Shown: positions 62,501 through 64,000 of the stretch, piece by piece | Layout: every line of letters starts with the position of its first letter | Position numbering within the stretch: position 1 is the first letter of the stretch | From: Stylophora pistillata | Lineage: Eukaryota | DNA length: 64,000 bases | Reading direction: 5' to 3' | NCBI RefSeq assembly: GCF_002571385.2 | Contig: NW_019217857.1 | Location: 688,470-752,469 of the forward strand | The notes under the pieces: model-generated | Databases searched by the model: none | What the model saw: the letters and a program-made list of their open reading frames with translations, nothing else | Told to the model about the DNA's origin: nothing | Translations under genes and position numbers: made by a program

Positions 62501-63744
62501 TGTAGCTGCTGATCACTTGCGCTTTGTACCTCCCTCCTCCTCCACCACACCAATATACCCAACATGATGTCACCCATGTTACCTCCCTCCCCTCTGGCTT
62601 ACTTTTTCCTCGGAACCCTCCCGTAGAGAAAGAGATCTTTATGACCTACAGCGCACTAATCGCTGGTTAAATCGGATCTACTCAAAAAAGGCAAAAATGG
62701 CAACATTTTTAAAGTGACATGTCATTCATTGCCGCGAGCGTGAGGCAAAAAATAAAAATTCCGCTTTATTCGGCGACGAGCTCAAAATTTGCCGTCTTTC
62801 TCTATACATTTAATTATAACATTACCAAAGTAAAGCGCGCGCTCTGATTGGTAGACTCAGCTCCACCATTTGCCCATGGGTGTACACAGCTGACATGAGC
62901 AAATGCAAAGACTAGTTTTCCGCTCGCGCTTTTTTTTTGTGGTCACGTAAGATTTGTTAAATAAAAGAAAACTCTTTTGATACAGTGTATCAATGTTATG
63001 TTAAAAGACAAATGGTAAACGCCACAGTGTACACTATTGAGTTATGGATGCACTTGGGAGGTTTGCTAAGCACTCAAGAAGCTAGAGTCGCTCTCGGCTA
63101 TCGCCTCGCGCGAATCTTACGCTTCCTTCGTGCTTAGCAGCTTCCTGCATGCATCCATGACTCAATAGTGCATGCTGTGGTGTTTACCATTTGTTGACAA
63201 CTATAATCTCGTACTAGTCTCTACAGAAACTGGCGAGTCTTACAGAACACTCAATGAAGAGAACATCAGACTACAGGCAGAGGTTTTGCAGTACAAGGTA
63301 GTTATATGTTACATATTTTTTCAGTTTAACCTGCTTTAGTGATGCTAAACGCTACATAGTCACCAAAGAAATCAGTCTGTTGACTCCTTTGGAATTTGGT
63401 CAATTAAAATGAAGGGAATGTGAATTGCCAATCTAGTCTCATCTCATGTTCGAAATAAGGATTCCATCTAACTCATTCCCCAGGAGTACATCAAAACGGG
63501 TCAGCTCATTACATCCCAAAAAACCCATTGTCAAACTTACTATCCTATACGAGGCCCAGTTTTCTCTCTTTCTCCCGTCAATATAGTCTATATATGTATA
63601 TAATCTATTGATCAAGTGCAAGGGTAATAAAATTGGATTTTGTCCACTGATTTTAGCGGTAGAAAGAAAGCTACTAAATATTTTAATTTTGTCTTTTAAT
63701 TAGGAGCAGTTGAAAGCAGCGGAAGCCAAGCTGAAGAAGCCAAG
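47656..63744 (+). CDS. CCDC33: CCDC33-like C2-domain / coiled-coil protein; 3' end beyond window, one exon probably in the 54010-54626 gap
   Basis: Exons 47656-47911, 49093-49386, (50201-50320 and 50791-? uncertain), 51868-51959, 52187-52353, 53047-53180, 53262-53371, 53749-53853, [gap], 55539-55789, 56662-56795, 57311-57382, 57676-57795, 58074-58204, 58771-58810, 59178-59231, 60205-60285, 60672-60786, 61221-61309, 61517-61594 (GC donor), 62054-62107, 62204-62261, 63227-63297, 63704-63744. Motifs GEAVFSVFPR, ELLTEYKVPLSHLKPFHQYHLELV, YRTAMRKMAADLL and LQNDLIKKNE resemble CCDC33. Confidence 0.85.
48021..48063. repeat. (AAT)n microsatellite
   Basis: ~13 AAT units. Confidence 0.9.
48270..48415 (+). 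mobile_element. Degenerate tRNA-like-headed repeat
   Basis: TAGCTCAGTTGGTAGAGC (A box), GGGTTCAATTCC (B box) and aggcctga-T8-caggcct hairpin. Related to the 26436 and 59767 elements. Confidence 0.65.
48455..48722. repeat. Palindromic Penelope-type repeat with hammerhead-like cores (family of 4430-4650)
   Basis: Arms atgtgaaggtgtagt...gtcattatcagagtca / ctgatgatgacttccgcacaggttgttgaaacgtcagtcac...ctacaccttcacat. The plus-strand core CTGATGA..GAAAC-GTC lies at 48593-48627. The minus-strand core is mutated (CTGATAA). Confidence 0.78.
51075..51462. mobile_element. ~385-bp interspersed element with terminal ~190-bp hairpin; second copy at 62813-63195
   Basis: Starts attataacatgaccaaagtaaagtgcgcactctgatt. 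Hairpin arms acaaatggtaaacaccacag...ggatgcac / gtgcatcc...ctgtggtgtttaccatttgt. Colinear with the 62813 copy. Confidence 0.82.
54627..55175. repeat. 96-bp minisatellite, at least 5.5 copies, running into the gap
   Basis: Unit agacagtacaagtaagtgtgtatgtgactgtacctatgactgaaataaaaagcaataacaataactgttctaacaggaagaattgtgaataactgg repeated head-to-tail (32-aa period in the spurious ORFs). Confidence 0.95.
56098..56517. mobile_element. Old TIR-bounded element
   Basis: Imperfect inverted ends tataggggaatc..ttgtttacaatgtttgcctcatt / aatgagcaaaaatgtaaacaa..gaatccgcctata. Confidence 0.45.
59767..60111 (-). mobile_element. tRNA-like-headed repeat with terminal direct repeat and inverted partial copy
   Basis: Minus-strand A box TAGCTCAATTGG and B box GGTTCGAATAC. 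tacgtatgatgcacgatcctc is repeated at ~59767 and ~60013. 60040-60111 is the inverse of ~59966-60033. Confidence 0.75.
62813..63195. mobile_element. Second copy of the ~385-bp hairpin-ended element (see 51075-51462)
   Basis: Colinear similarity over the full length. Ends ~30 bp upstream of the exon acceptor at 63227. Confidence 0.82.
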
Positions 63745-64000
63745 GTATGTACACCTAATTTTTCAATACACACTTTCTGCGTCAACTGCTGGTCTGACCG
63801 CAACCCTCGCCATCTTACATCGTTCATTGATAATCAGCTTTCCTCCACTTTTGAGAACTTGTCACTTTTGAGAACTGTTCGAAATTTGGCTTTAGCTAGA
63901 GATAATTTCTTGGACCTCTCTTCTTATTCTCTGGATTAGTTCTCATTCGCCGACGCAAAATGTCAAGTTTTTCAGTTTCATCCGTTGAGATTGTTAGTTT

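Overview
AT-rich, intron-rich animal genomic DNA from a draft assembly, with N-gaps at about 19140-19829, 24993, 26158-26435, 39307-39421, 52102 and 54010-54626. The repeat families suggest an anthozoan/stony coral (inference). Almost all short ORFs in the supplied track are exon fragments or noise. Splicing by hand gives eight genes: (1) ZNF207/BuGZ 5' part (-), with a U12-type first intron; (2) a complete CENP-X (+), head-to-head with it; (3) an unrecognised ~890-aa adaptor (+) with apparent PH - IRS/DOK-type PTB - Tyr/Pro-rich - UPA-like - Death domain architecture, whose 3' end is tandemly duplicated (~3.4 kb); (4) COQ7 (-), with one exon apparently lost at a 1-N contig join; (5, 6) two tandem gamma-glutamyl hydrolase paralogs (+) sharing a U12-like intron that has diverged in one copy; (7) an intronless ARL4-like GTPase (-) with a non-canonical switch II (WDVSGKE); (8) a CCDC33-like C2/coiled-coil gene (+) running off the right edge. 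Introns carry many foldback/MITE elements, tRNA-derived SINE-like repeats and Penelope-type palindromes with minimal hammerhead ribozymes on both strands. The best candidates for something new are the PH-PTB...Death adaptor, the two-strand hammerhead palindromes and the atypical ARL4.
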